Positions 48,688-60,618 of a stretch of 64,000 nt of DNA are shown one piece after another. Each line of letters starts with the position of its first letter. The first letter of the stretch is position 1. Position numbers and translations under genes: made by a program. Under the pieces are notes generated by a model that worked only from the letters and a program-made list of their open reading frames with translations, was not told the origin of the DNA and ran no database searches. The stretch comes from Phoronis australis (taxonomy: Eukaryota; Animalia; Phoronida), in assembly GCA_002633005.1 (NCBI GenBank), contig NMRA01000036.1:248001-312000 (forward strand), given 5' to 3'.

Positions 48688-49550
48688 TAAGATACACGGC
48701 AATTATACTGGCTTAAATCGTGGACTAAAACTAATACATTTTCGAACTTTTTGACTTCGCGAATTAAATTCCTCGAAAAAGATTGGGATCATTCATCCGG
48801 AGAAATACCAGATAACTTAGATAACCAAAACTGACGCATCAGGTTTTGATTCTCTGGTATGAGTAACTCTTCGAACCGTGGTAGATAATTGGCCTCCAAT
48901 TCGTGATGTCCTCCAAATCGTGATGTCGGACAAAAAAGCACGGGCGTCCGCAAGAATGGATTTGTAGATATCTAGATTTAATCTCGACATAAAAAACATC
49001 TTCCGTGGTGTTGAAACCAAATGGGGATTTTTTGTAATGTCTGTTATCTTTGGATTGATACAACCATAACCTACAGAGAGGTTGAATAATCGTTTTGGAC
49101 TGAAGTGTGTTCGAGAATTACAACTGTTTGATCATTTTGTGTAAAAACCAGAAATTAATTGCTGCCAAGTTTAAAAAGCATGAAAAATGAGAGCAAATGG
49201 AATTTTAGTTTATTTTTACAAAGGCAACAATAGGCAAATTAAATAACGGCATTTGTTCAGGTGAAACTTCATTATTGAAAGGGATGTGTGGAGCGTAAGA
49301 GCAAATTTCAGTCTTAAACCCTTCACACCATGGTCATGAATGGTTGAGTTCGGTTACCAACAATTCTGGTATGATATTTTAAGCGATTCTTCTTCAATTT
49401 CAGTGCTTTTAATCAAGAAATAAACGCAAAAATTAAAAAGTTGAAATATTTTGTGACGTCATCAGTGTATCCGGTCTCCGCCGCTGTGTTGTTGTGCACC
49501 AGCCGCGAGCCGTAGCGGTCTCGAAAACTGAGTTCGACTGCCTGAGTATT

Positions 49551-49745
49551 GTGAAAAGTTGCATGTGCGGCAGAGCATGCAGTAACAGCAATGGGACAGA
49601 TAATATTACAGTTTTTGCGTTTCCAAATGACCCTATGTTCGACCACTAGAAATGGCACAGGTTTGTGCTTCGGACACGGGTATGGCACGGCGGAGCGGCA
49701 AGCGATCAATTCAGGGGCCACGCATATGCTCAGTCCATTCCGAAG
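49551..49745 (+). pseudogene. THAP-domain relic of a Kolobok-like transposon (VKSCMCGRACSNSNG...VFAFPNDP...*KWHRFVLRTRVW)
   Basis: C-x4-C-SN, F-x-F-P-x-D-P and KW-xx-FV-x-RTR-x-W pattern; in-frame TAG at 49647; downstream KKCIVL segment resembles Kolobok transposase. Confidence 0.65.
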
Positions 49746-50336
49746 AATCGTGCTTCGATCCGTCGCAGAAACTAACAGAGATTTGATGAAGGTTTCTCCA
49801 ACGTGTAAGTGCATTTTAGTAGTGGAAAAAAGTGTATTGTGTTGTATCGTTGCTGGGAACATAGTTATCTGTCACATATTGAGCATGAGTCTCAGCATCA
49901 AATTGTGATTGAGGTAATGAATGTGGTTGCAGGAAATTTCCATCAGTCTATTCTTGTTAAAGTTTTTGTGGGAATGCATGGTATCCACAAAAAACGTCAA
50001 TGCCCAATAGCAGAAAATGGGATGTAGATGCCACGCAAATGGTTTGAGGTCACGATCGCAGCCGACACAGAGGCTCAGTAGAGTCGGACATTGGATCGAA
50101 ATAATGGACGAATCACAACGGTACAAAGCTATCATAATTTTTATACAGATAAGACAAAAACGAGTATCATGTACCAGAAATAAAATCCAGTTAGCATCAC
50201 CATAATTAAATATGATCGTTTCTGACAAACGCACTCGGCATTCGAAAAGTAAAACCAGTGTCCGCTATTTGCGACTGGCTTTGACAGTCAGGTTAGATTT
50301 ACAGATCGAGACATATATTACTAGACACTAAAGTGC

Positions 50337-51493
50337 AGGGAAAGCCAAAGCAGAAACAATTCCAGGACACAAATTTTCTATTCAAGAATTAAACTCTCTG
50401 TGGGACTAAAAATATACTCAAAATAAAAATTTATCGCGCCAGGATCTACAATTTATCACGTCAGGACCAAACTTTAACACGTTACGATTGAAAATTTATA
50501 ACGCCAGGACAATTTTACACCTTAAGGAAATTTCACGTCAAGATCATTTCATGCCAGGAGACCACGTGACCATATGCAGGCACGTGATTCTCAAAGAGAC
50601 GATGTAATAGGTACACAATGTCTCGCCGACGACAGCCACATTCTCGTGACAACGAGGTTGAATTTCTGTCGTCTCTTCCACGTTTTACAACAGAAGCCTA
50701 TGTACATTTGGGCAAACTAGACTTGACGGCTGAGTATTACAGAAACACAGCAGATCGTCATTGTCATGTGGTCTCGTGGCAAGAAATTTTATCCTGGGCC
50801 CGAGTTCTAATGTTTTTACTCGAAATGGAACTCGAAATTAGGCATTTTCTACTCTACTTTTGTGAGAATTCAAGATAAGTGTCTATTATTCTATGCTCGA
50901 GTACATAAAGACTTACGTGGATAGGTTTTTAGTCCTAGTTTGCAATTGATTAACCCAACATTAAGGCTAAAAGTTCAAGTTTGACCTCGAAATTTCAAGT
51001 TTTTACTCCAGTTTGTAGCACGAACACAAGGGTCACCAAGTGCAAACTTGGTCTAGAAACTCGTATGCGTAACGTATGTATAACGTATTCGAGCACAGTC
51101 TAATAACCACTTATCTTGAGTTCGTACAAAAGCAGCAGAGAAATTGCCAAAAATAATTTCGAGATCGTTTTGAGTACAAAGATTAGATTCTGGGCCCTGG
51201 TATGAAAATTTCTCCTGGCATGAAATTTTCTACTTGCACAAAATTTTCCTGGCAAGAGATTTTCTCCTGGGAAGAAATTCCATGTCCTGGCGTGATAAAT
51301 TTTCTGTCCTGGCGTGTGTCCTAATGTGATCAATTTTTCGTTCTGACGTGTTCAATTTTGGTCCTGACGTGTTGAATCATAGGTTCTGGCGCGATTCATT
51401 TTGATTTTGAATATATTTTTTCTGGTCCTGCAGACAATTCAATTTTTGAATAAAATTTGTGTTCAGGAATTTTGAACGATTTGGTTTTCCATA
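50337..51493. mobile_element. Non-autonomous DNA element with ~200-bp degraded TIRs rich in ACGCCAGGAC/GTCCTGGCGT (IS3EU-like right end ...GGTTTTCCATA)
   Basis: 50355-50520 is an imperfect inverted copy of 51285-51480. Confidence 0.65.
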
Positions 51494-51809
51494 AAAGTGG
51501 TTAGAAAATTAAATCGTGATTCAATAAAATGTTATTATTACCACTTTGAAATTAGAACTGTCCGCAGACGTGTGGGCTCCGACTCGGCTCAGTCACTCAA
51601 CGAAGGGGCCGGTGCAGGAGGGTCGAGTTGGTACGGCTTCAAACACGCAGTCTGTCGATATGACGACGTCTAATTCATTACCTGTTTCTCTTATGGACTG
51701 AGTATTATCTTCACCCCATCTCCATACCTGTCTTCATAATACTCGTTAAGCTCGCTCTCTAAGTCTTCGAAAACTTACAAAATCACCAATATCCGCTATT
51801 GCATATATC

Positions 51810-52706
51810 GGGCGGCATTCTAAGAGACACCTTAACGTCAAAGATATTACCTTAAGGTAGACCTTTTCATTTCCCTACTCTGGGAGCATCCTTAAGTATC
51901 ATGAAAGATGAACCTTAATATCTTTTCCTTAGTCTAAGCAGAGATCCATCTCAAATTATGAAAAGGCGTACCTTAAATGCCAAGAATAGTTCTAGGGTAT
52001 CCTTAAGGTCAACCTTGATAACAAATTTCATTCTTTTCCATGCTACCAGAGAATATGGGAGATTATCTAAACACAATTGCAGCTGTGAACCGTAAGGGTG
52101 CTATCATTTAGCACCATCGAGTACAACAACTTGTACTAGTGATACCTTAGCGACATTTTTCTGCGTATTGTATCTTCTTAACATTTTTTCCAACACTTCT
52201 ATTTTCGCCAAACTTTTTAAAGTATTTCCTCTTAATTCAATAGTAGCCTTTTTTAACAAATTAAGAACTAACTGCTTTTTGACGTCAGTATGGGTCTTCA
52301 CGTTGCTGTTTCCATGCTGGTTCTAAGTATATTGAGTTCTGTTTGGCGACTGTGGAAGGGCTGACATTACAATCAATTCACACCCAAATAAGTGCAACCA
52401 CTACACAACTTATTCTCTCTCCAATACAGTCCTCATGCTGTGACACCCCATTGTCTTCTGCTAGACACATCTGAAGTTCACTTCAAGGTCCACCTTAAAG
52501 TCCACCTGAAACAGCGGAGTTTTCCTTGAGTTCCACCTTAGTTAAGTCTGTTTCTTACGGTACACCTTAGTGAAGGAAATGATTAAGGATGCTTACAGAA
52601 TAGCGCACTGCGTAAGTTGACCTTACACAAGGTGATCCATAGTAAGGTATACCTTACTTTAGGTCTACATTAAGGTATTTTTAAGATGGCTCTTAGAATA
52701 CAACCC
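51810..52706. mobile_element. PIF/Harbinger-like non-autonomous element with CCTTAAGG subterminal repeats
   Basis: gggcggcattctaagagacacctta ... taagatggctcttagaatacaaccc. Confidence 0.65.
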
Positions 52707-55700
52707 ACACTGTCAACTGATCAACGTCTTCCACTGATGACGTCACGTGGCGGGAAACCAAAAAATCTTTGATTTTTCTTTAAAATTTCTCGATCCAGTA
52801 TAAGTGCTTGTTTAGTTAGCTTTCGTGTTATAAAATTACCATACACGTTCTAAAACCTCAAAAAGTGTAAAAAAAAAACATTGTAGGAAAGCTACTTTTA
52901 AAAGTTTCAAATCAGGTTTCATGAAACTGACGCCTGAAACCTCTTCCAGTCTAAGTAAGGGAGATTACTCAATATTAAATAGTTTGATTATTATTTCATC
53001 ATTTTTTATTACTTAAGAGTCTTTTGTCAGCGGTCATTTTAGAGGTATCATTTCATCAAATTAGCCGCAACCATTAGTAATTACGGACGTGGAACACCAG
53101 ACGAAAGTTTGTCAGTGCCATTCAAAATGAACTCATCGGTCTGTCCTAAGCGTGGCTACGTGAGTTCTTTGATTTCTTGACAATGACACCGAGTATTAAC
53201 CAGTTGAGAGTCCTCGTGTGTGTAAGTGTAAAATCACCACCATCTTAAGTTAAAACAGATTGCTGCATAAATAATTAATCCAACCCAAGTTTATATCCCA
53301 GGCTTATTCTGCTATGATTTATTAATGAAGCTGTCTATGGTTGGTTATGAAAAATAACCAATCTTTTTCCTCATCGTTAGTGGCCGGTGTATTGGAACCA
53401 CACGACTAATCGTGCAATGTCCTTTACTGAATCTGTGAAGAATAATCATCCAACTTCAATAAACCTCCATGCCGTATAATGACATAATCGTCCAGAAAAG
53501 TGTTTTTTGGATCAGCCCCAAGATGGATTCAAATTCACGACATAAGCAGTCGCAGTACGACGCTTTGTTAACGGAGTTAAATTTCGCTTTAAAACAGCAA
53601 AGTATTTTAAGTGTATTTAACTGATAAAGACACCAGCCTCGGTTTCAATGAATGACTGACAGCCAGCTCCAAATTTAAACTAGTTGTAATAAAATCGCAA
53701 AAGCAAAATGGATTTTGTTGTTTTATAACTCTGGTCAAAACTAATAACTTCAAGAAGTCTTTCTCATCCACAATAACCCCCAGGCGTTCTTGGTCGTGAA
53801 AGCCATTATGCCCCGTTAAAACTTTCCATACCACAAGAAAAAACAACCCATTTCCAAAAAGAAAATTCAGGATATTAGTAGGAAAACAGAAGTATCCGAA
53901 AAGTATAATTTTGCAATACTGTCTTGTTGCATTATATATTGGGCGCCTAAAGGAACGTTTCTAACCTGATACTTGATATTTTATTTATTGGCATCAATTT
54001 TGCATGGCTTACGCTACAAGCTACGATGCACAATAAAACAAGCGGTGAGGTGTAAAAAAAGGCCATTAAGTATGACGTATTCACAAAACATATAAATAAA
54101 ACAGACTTCACCGTTGGCATCAGGAAAAAGACAGAAAAGACGAGTAGATAATAGAGCTCATAACAGTGCAATATAAATGTCTCTAGTTCGAGCGTGTATT
54201 CAACTTTTAACCAATTTGTTGGATCCAAATTCAACAGTGCACGCGCGAAAAATTTGGTCCCTTTTCAGTGTAAGGGAAAGCGGGGCCTTTTTCACACAAA
54301 TGTCATTTTCGCCCAAACTATTATGGTTTTAAACTTCATTATTAAAGATGATGGTAGCCCAGTTTTTCCGCTACAGGTGAATACATGAAAACCTACACTC
54401 TGTAATTTATTTTTCTGTAATAAGAATTACAATAGGATGGATGGAGTGTTATGACTTGCCCCATGTGTAAGGCACTTTGTAACACACGGTTAAGCATATT
54501 ATAACACCACAGGGCTCAACTGCAAGTAATTTAAGGTGCAATATTCAGTAAAACGTGCAGTCGTTGTGATTGTAGTTCTTAATGTTATCATTGCTGGAGC
54601 AATATTGTAATGTATGATGCAGCGATTCAGTGTAAGCATGGAATTTCAGCGTTTACTGAAAGTTCATTTAAGCCAATTATTTATTTAGTCCACTTCATAT
54701 AGGGGTAAGAGTAAACGAATTTCTAAAGTAATCTTTGACCTAAGACTGTACTAAACTGCACCAACATTACTTTACGCATTGCAATGCGACTTCCGCCTCC
54801 TGATTAAAGGACAATCAACTACGAGGTCCACCTTCTACAAAACCATCATACGGAAATGTCATGTGTCCAAAGTAAACGATTGGGATTTTTTATTCACTAG
54901 GGGTAGCACAGAGGATGTGCGTGTTCAAATTAAAAAAAATCGTAAACCAGGATTGGGCATTCACCATAAAAACTGATTTCAGTTAACGCCCAGACTGTTG
55001 TGTCGATGCCAGCTAATAATATTCAACAGCCAAACAAAATCACACGAGTTTGTCAATTGCAGGTAAGCAAGTTGTGTGGGGTGAGGTAGTTGAAAATTTT
55101 CGCAGATGGGTGTTCACTTCAAGCACATCGTGAATACATAAATTGGAGATGGGGACTAAAGCGTACGCGTTTAAAAGTGAAAATTTCAACCGAGCATGAC
55201 CCATGCTCCTGTTCTTTGCATACAACGCATTTCCTATTTACTGCACGGTCTGGTGTAAGTTGTAACATGTAACATGTCATTAGAAACTCGGACCGATTCA
55301 CAGTACCTTGTACTTCGTCAACAGTTTTATACTATTCCCGATGTTTGCAACATGTCAGTTTATCCGGGAATCTGATTGGCACGGGTAACAGCTAGTGGGA
55401 ACCGCCGAGGGGAAATAGCTACACCTAAGAATGAACCGAGTGTTCATTGGAATAGACAGGAATACTTCTTAAAGAGACCAAAGCAAAATTTCTGTCACTG
55501 TCAGATTTTAATAGGCAAGGTGTGCGACTGCGGGATTCTTTCCCCAGGCAGTACAAATTTCTTTCCACTGAGAACATTTGACCCCGCCGTAACACAAAGT
55601 ACGGTAATCAGATATTATTCTTTTAAAATGAAAACTAAGAATGCATTTAAAGTATTGTACAGCACACAAAGTATATAGATGTAAAGTTGCATCATAAATG

Positions 55701-56199
55701 TACATAATATATAGATGTAAAATTGCATCATAAATGTACATACTGAGGTAGAAAGCCAGCTTGCTGTATGAAGACTATCGTCAACATACAGCTGGGTTGC
55801 CATGTGTAGACTGCTCCGTCGGACACCGAAATTTCACACAACCCAGGTGCTCAGCTCGTCCCCACGTCGTGAAACTTATAGCTAACAACCTGCATGGGTG
55901 AATGCAGAATCTGGGAATGAACCGACATTCACCTTTCCTGTTAAACCCGTTGATAGAAGTAAAAAATCTTATTAACGTTATTTTTCGTAATTCTCCGCCT
56001 TTTGTAACAAAGGAAAATCTGTCGTCGTTTTGAAAACAGTGTATGGTCGTGACACGCGCACGTACGTGTCATTTTCTAAAATTTTGCGACATCTCTCAAG
56101 AGTTTGCTCTGAAATTGCGATTTCTGGTATTAAAATAGTAAAAACTTGTAACGAAATGAAATCACTTCCGATTTTTACGACATGTACGCAACGTTGATG

Positions 56200-56720
56200 G
56201 AAGAACATGGAAATTGGCCAATAGGTGACGCAATGGCGCCCAAAAGCGCATCGCAATTTTAGCAGCAGAATAACTGAAGAACGCCAATTTTCCAACACTC
56301 GGGTAAATAATTTAGTTTAGTCAAGGAAGAGTAAAAATTTTAACGAGGCATCATTAATTTTGGCGGCGACAGGCCCTATGAATTATATACGCGACAGAAG
56401 CCGGAGGAAGTGAAATCAAGCCGACGAAGTGACGTCACACAGGCCGTTGAGCCGACAGGACTGACGTCACCAACGCCAGTACGAAACTGACCACCCTCCC
56501 TCCACGTTCACGAAAAAACAGCCCTAGAGAAAAATATAGAACATCTCGAATCCAAATGGGGGGCCGGTGCAATACCTGGGACCATTTCGGTGACGAAACG
56601 GGCGCAACGAAAGTCTGTCGTGGAGCGGGAGAGACGGAGTTTGTGCAAACGATGCATTTTATATAGTAGCTTGTGTAGAGTACAGGAATTTCCAGCTTAG
56701 CGATGGCTGCGTTCGCCGTG
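56200..56720. promoter_or_regulatory. CpG-rich promoter-like region
   Basis: CCAAT (56218), AATGGCG YY1-like (56232), GGAAGTG ETS-like (~56407), two TGACGTCA CRE sites (56430, 56462), local CpG enrichment. Confidence 0.5.
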
Positions 56721-58045
56721 ATAAAACCCTGGCTAAAATAAATTGATGAATCGTGGATTAAAACTTTTGATTTTTCTAACAGGTTGGCTTTTCAAATTGA
56801 ATTGGTAGTAATATGTTATATTAGGATCATTTTTAAGTCAAGAAATACCATAAAAATTAGCCATATGGATCAGGCACGTTAGGTTTTGGTTTCTTGTTAT
56901 CCGTTGATGAATGGTTTTAGCACTCTTTAAACCGTTGGAGATAATTGGCCTGAAAGTTGTGATGCCAGACAAAAGAGCACAGGATTGATAAATGAACTAG
57001 CCACGATTTAGAAACCGCTGCAGTTGAAGCCAAACGGGCGGTTTCAGCGCGCTCCAGCTAATTTGTTACACCTTGCCTAACTATTTAATTCTATTGCCGG
57101 AATGAACGGAATGTACAGAAAATTTGGAGGACATACACTAGAAAGACAATATCAAATAATTTATACAGGAATGATTTCGTATTTGAAACCTTGCATACAT
57201 GAGTGTCAGAGACAAAATTCAAATTGTTGGTACCATACTTGAGGTGTCAAAATTATTTTTTGAACTCAAAGAGGCCTGGAACGCCAATGCTCGTCAAAAT
57301 ATCTTTTAAACAACTCCTGACAAAAGTACCACCGCACTTAACAGTTATTCACTTTGCCCTGCGAGGGAATTTCGTCGAAAAATTACAACATTAACGATTT
57401 TTTGAATTAGGAAAAACTCTGTAGTAACCACAGAGTTTCTAATCTTCCACTTGCGCTCACAGTCATTCGACAAACAGCTGACTAATAAGAAGGATATTAA
57501 CAGCACATTATCATGGGTGATGGCACTCCGAATCCGTGAGGCTGGGACCAAAAAAGTATGAGACAATTAACTTAACCGGTGAAGCAAGAGATTTCCCAAA
57601 GAGAATTCCAATAGCGTTTTAGAATAAATTTAAGTTCTACGATTCCTTTGTAACTATATGAATTTAAACGTCAGTTGCCTTTTAATCAAACTGCAGCTTG
57701 AAGTTGTCACTGTTTTGTTTTCATCAAATATCAAAGGTCACATTTTCCATATAAGGAAAGGTGCTACGTCTACGTCTTGCCAGGAGACGTGCTTTGCCTT
57801 GTGGGAGAAAAATCAACGAAGTAACGACGAGTTGACAGAAGGTTTTTCAATTTGAAAAAAAAGAAAATGCTTTTGGCACCAACATAAATTCAAAATCATT
57901 ACTAGTAAACCGTAAAAATATCTCATGAACAGGTTTAATTCTGTTTCAGTGGCAGAGAACCACTTTGAATAATACAGTTTAGTCTGTTTTTTCGCGTTTC
58001 ATGCCTCTTTAAATACAAGACACTGCAGACTCCACGTTTTGAGGA

Positions 58046-58517
58046 CATGGCGGCGTTTTCCCGTTGACCCCAAGTTGTTCGATTCTATAGCCCAACAAGA
58101 AGTTGGGAAGATGACTCCTGTAGCCAATATCTTACACGACTGATTAACTCCATGCTGACATTTATGGTTGGATGGCCAGCTCTCTTTTGTTCGATAATTG
58201 CTCTAATCTCCAATTAATAAGATCGTATCTATAGCCTGACTGGGCTGTGCTGTTAAAAATGAAAGTTAAACTAAATGCTGATCATGTTTAGTTTTTGAAT
58301 CGCCAAAATCGCCCAACTACAACCGAAGTTACGACTACCTATTCTTTCCGAATGTACCCATTCGCTCTGGTGCGCTCACACGTAGTCTGTAATAAACCAG
58401 GTAGATAGTTGGCCTGCCTGTTGTCATACCAGACAAAAGACTGTGCTTGGCAGTTAACAAAGAAGCTAGATGTTATCACACGCTCACAACCCTCAAGTCA
58501 CTGAACGGAAGAACGCT
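58046..58517 (+). mobile_element. Same MITE family, copy 3 (right end degraded)
   Basis: catggcggcgttttcccgtt start; internal blocks match the other two copies. Confidence 0.85.
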
Positions 58518-60618
58518 GGGGGCTGCACTGACGTGGTGTTTGTTTCAAAGACAAGGTTATCCGCGTTAGCACTAGACCCACTCTTCTCCCACACTTTCAG
58601 TGGGTCGATGGGATGTATTATTCATTTACGAACAAAGACGTCTGAATGACTGGTGTTAATTAGCGTTTAACTACCCAATGCAAAGCTCAATGAACCGGAT
58701 TTCACTTTGATGTTGGAAAATACTGAAATTTTACATTTAATCAATTTTCGGCTGGATTAAAAGCATAATTTAACTCAAATTATACTGTTAGTTATCAAAT
58801 TTTCAAAAACATGTAGGACATTTGCCACGTCAAAAATCTTGAAACCAAATATACGTCAATTGAAAGTGGTTGACAGTAGCAGTGCGGTCCTCGATGAAAG
58901 ATCGGTTAAGTACATCCCTCTGAACGCCATCAATATGGTCTATGTTCTTTCTCGTTAACCTCGTTGTTGGAATCTACCTGCAACGAGGTTGTTTTCTCCA
59001 CACACCACGCATATTCAAAATCGTCTCACTCACATCCGTTCACATGTTGCCTTGTGATGGCCTAACCATGAGTCTGATTTATTTTCATCGTGTAGGCGAC
59101 GTTTCAACTGTTGCGTAAATCAAGTAGCCTTTGAAAACCGCTTAAATCTATATATCATTTATGGTATATTGAGTTAGTTTATATTGTAAACTGTTTATTT
59201 CATTGAACACTGAGAATGTGCATAACACACGTGCCTGCCCGCAAATCCAAAACATTACATGCAGACACAGGAACGTTTTAGTTAACTTTTGTACAAAACG
59301 ATCAATTACAAATATCATAGAGAAAAATTAACGTTGACACAAACTTATTTACACCAAATGATTCACATGTCCAACACGGCAGCATGTAACGTAGCTGGGA
59401 TAATCCAGTATTTTGAATGCTAATACTTGATGTATTTCCAATGAAACGTTGATAATGGTCAACGGTGCACGAGGTCAGCAATATCTCCCGTTGCCGTTAC
59501 CGCGACATTACAATTTTATCGTGTTTTAGTCCTGCATGCATGAAATAACATCAAGTTAATTAATTAAAAGTTCGTCGTCCTATTGCCATCACGCATTGTT
59601 ATCACTAAGTATTTTCCAACCACAAGTATACGTTTGTTGCTCTATAAAACGAGGATTTATGCTGTGTAGGCGATCCATGATTTATTCACCCATTAGAGTA
59701 ATTTACATAATCTGTTCTGAACTTAATGTTAAAAATTGGCGTCTCTTGAGCAGTAAAAAGTTAACATTGGTGAAGTAATATTGTACTAATTAAGATGAGA
59801 TGTATTAAGATCGGTAACTATATCAGTATAAGCAATAGGTGGAAAATAAGTACAGTCACAGGATTTGCATGCACTTAAATAAATGTAGGATAGTTCATCC
59901 ATGCACAACCCTGCCCATGTGGCACACACTGAGCCACAACACCACGTTCCTTACAATATCTCTTTTTATCACTCCGGCTGGTCTGCTCACTCAGCTTGTC
60001 CAGAACCTGCTTTGCAGGTTATTGTAGCCCAGTTGGCTGTTTGATGTACCCACTTGGTACTTTATTTGATATCTGCCCATTTGGCAGTTTGTACCCATTT
60101 GGTACTTGTTATTGAATTTGCCGTTTTTCTCGACCCACTTGGTAGGCAATCTGCCAATACTCATTTGGTATTATGTACCCTTTGGTACTATGCTATCCTG
60201 TGCCACTTAGTATCCGATACTCAGTTACACATTGGCTATCGTAAATGTGAGTGTTATCTTTTGTAATTGACCTTCTGTGAAATATTTATTTGTAGATCTT
60301 TGACCCTGAAATTTCCAATACAACTTAAAATATATATTATTTCTGTTGTTTTATTTGTCCCCAATAAATAAAAGTACTTATACAGGTGTTAATGTTTATA
60401 TTTCAAAAGAGTTGTACGGGTTGTGCACACGTAGCAGTTATTTGCATTTGGAACATGGATTCCACTCGGGTTGTTTGTACGTGCGTCTTTTGTTAATCTG
60501 GAGCATATGGCGAACATAAATAATCTCGTTACCAAACACGATCGCGATGTCCTTACAAATTCATAAAAGCACGACGCCTAAATACGTTCTTTCTCTGAAG
60601 CTGTGAATGGAACGGGAA

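Noticed and set aside
52104-52301. 65-aa minus-strand ORF as a host gene
   Set aside because: It lies inside a Harbinger-like element; possibly a remnant of its Myb/SANT accessory protein, but no diagnostic motif is visible.
52734-52760. Hammerhead-like CTGATGA...GAAAC
   Set aside because: Stem II register is wrong and there is no stem I or III; it coincides with a CRE-type TGACGTCA motif in a transposon end.
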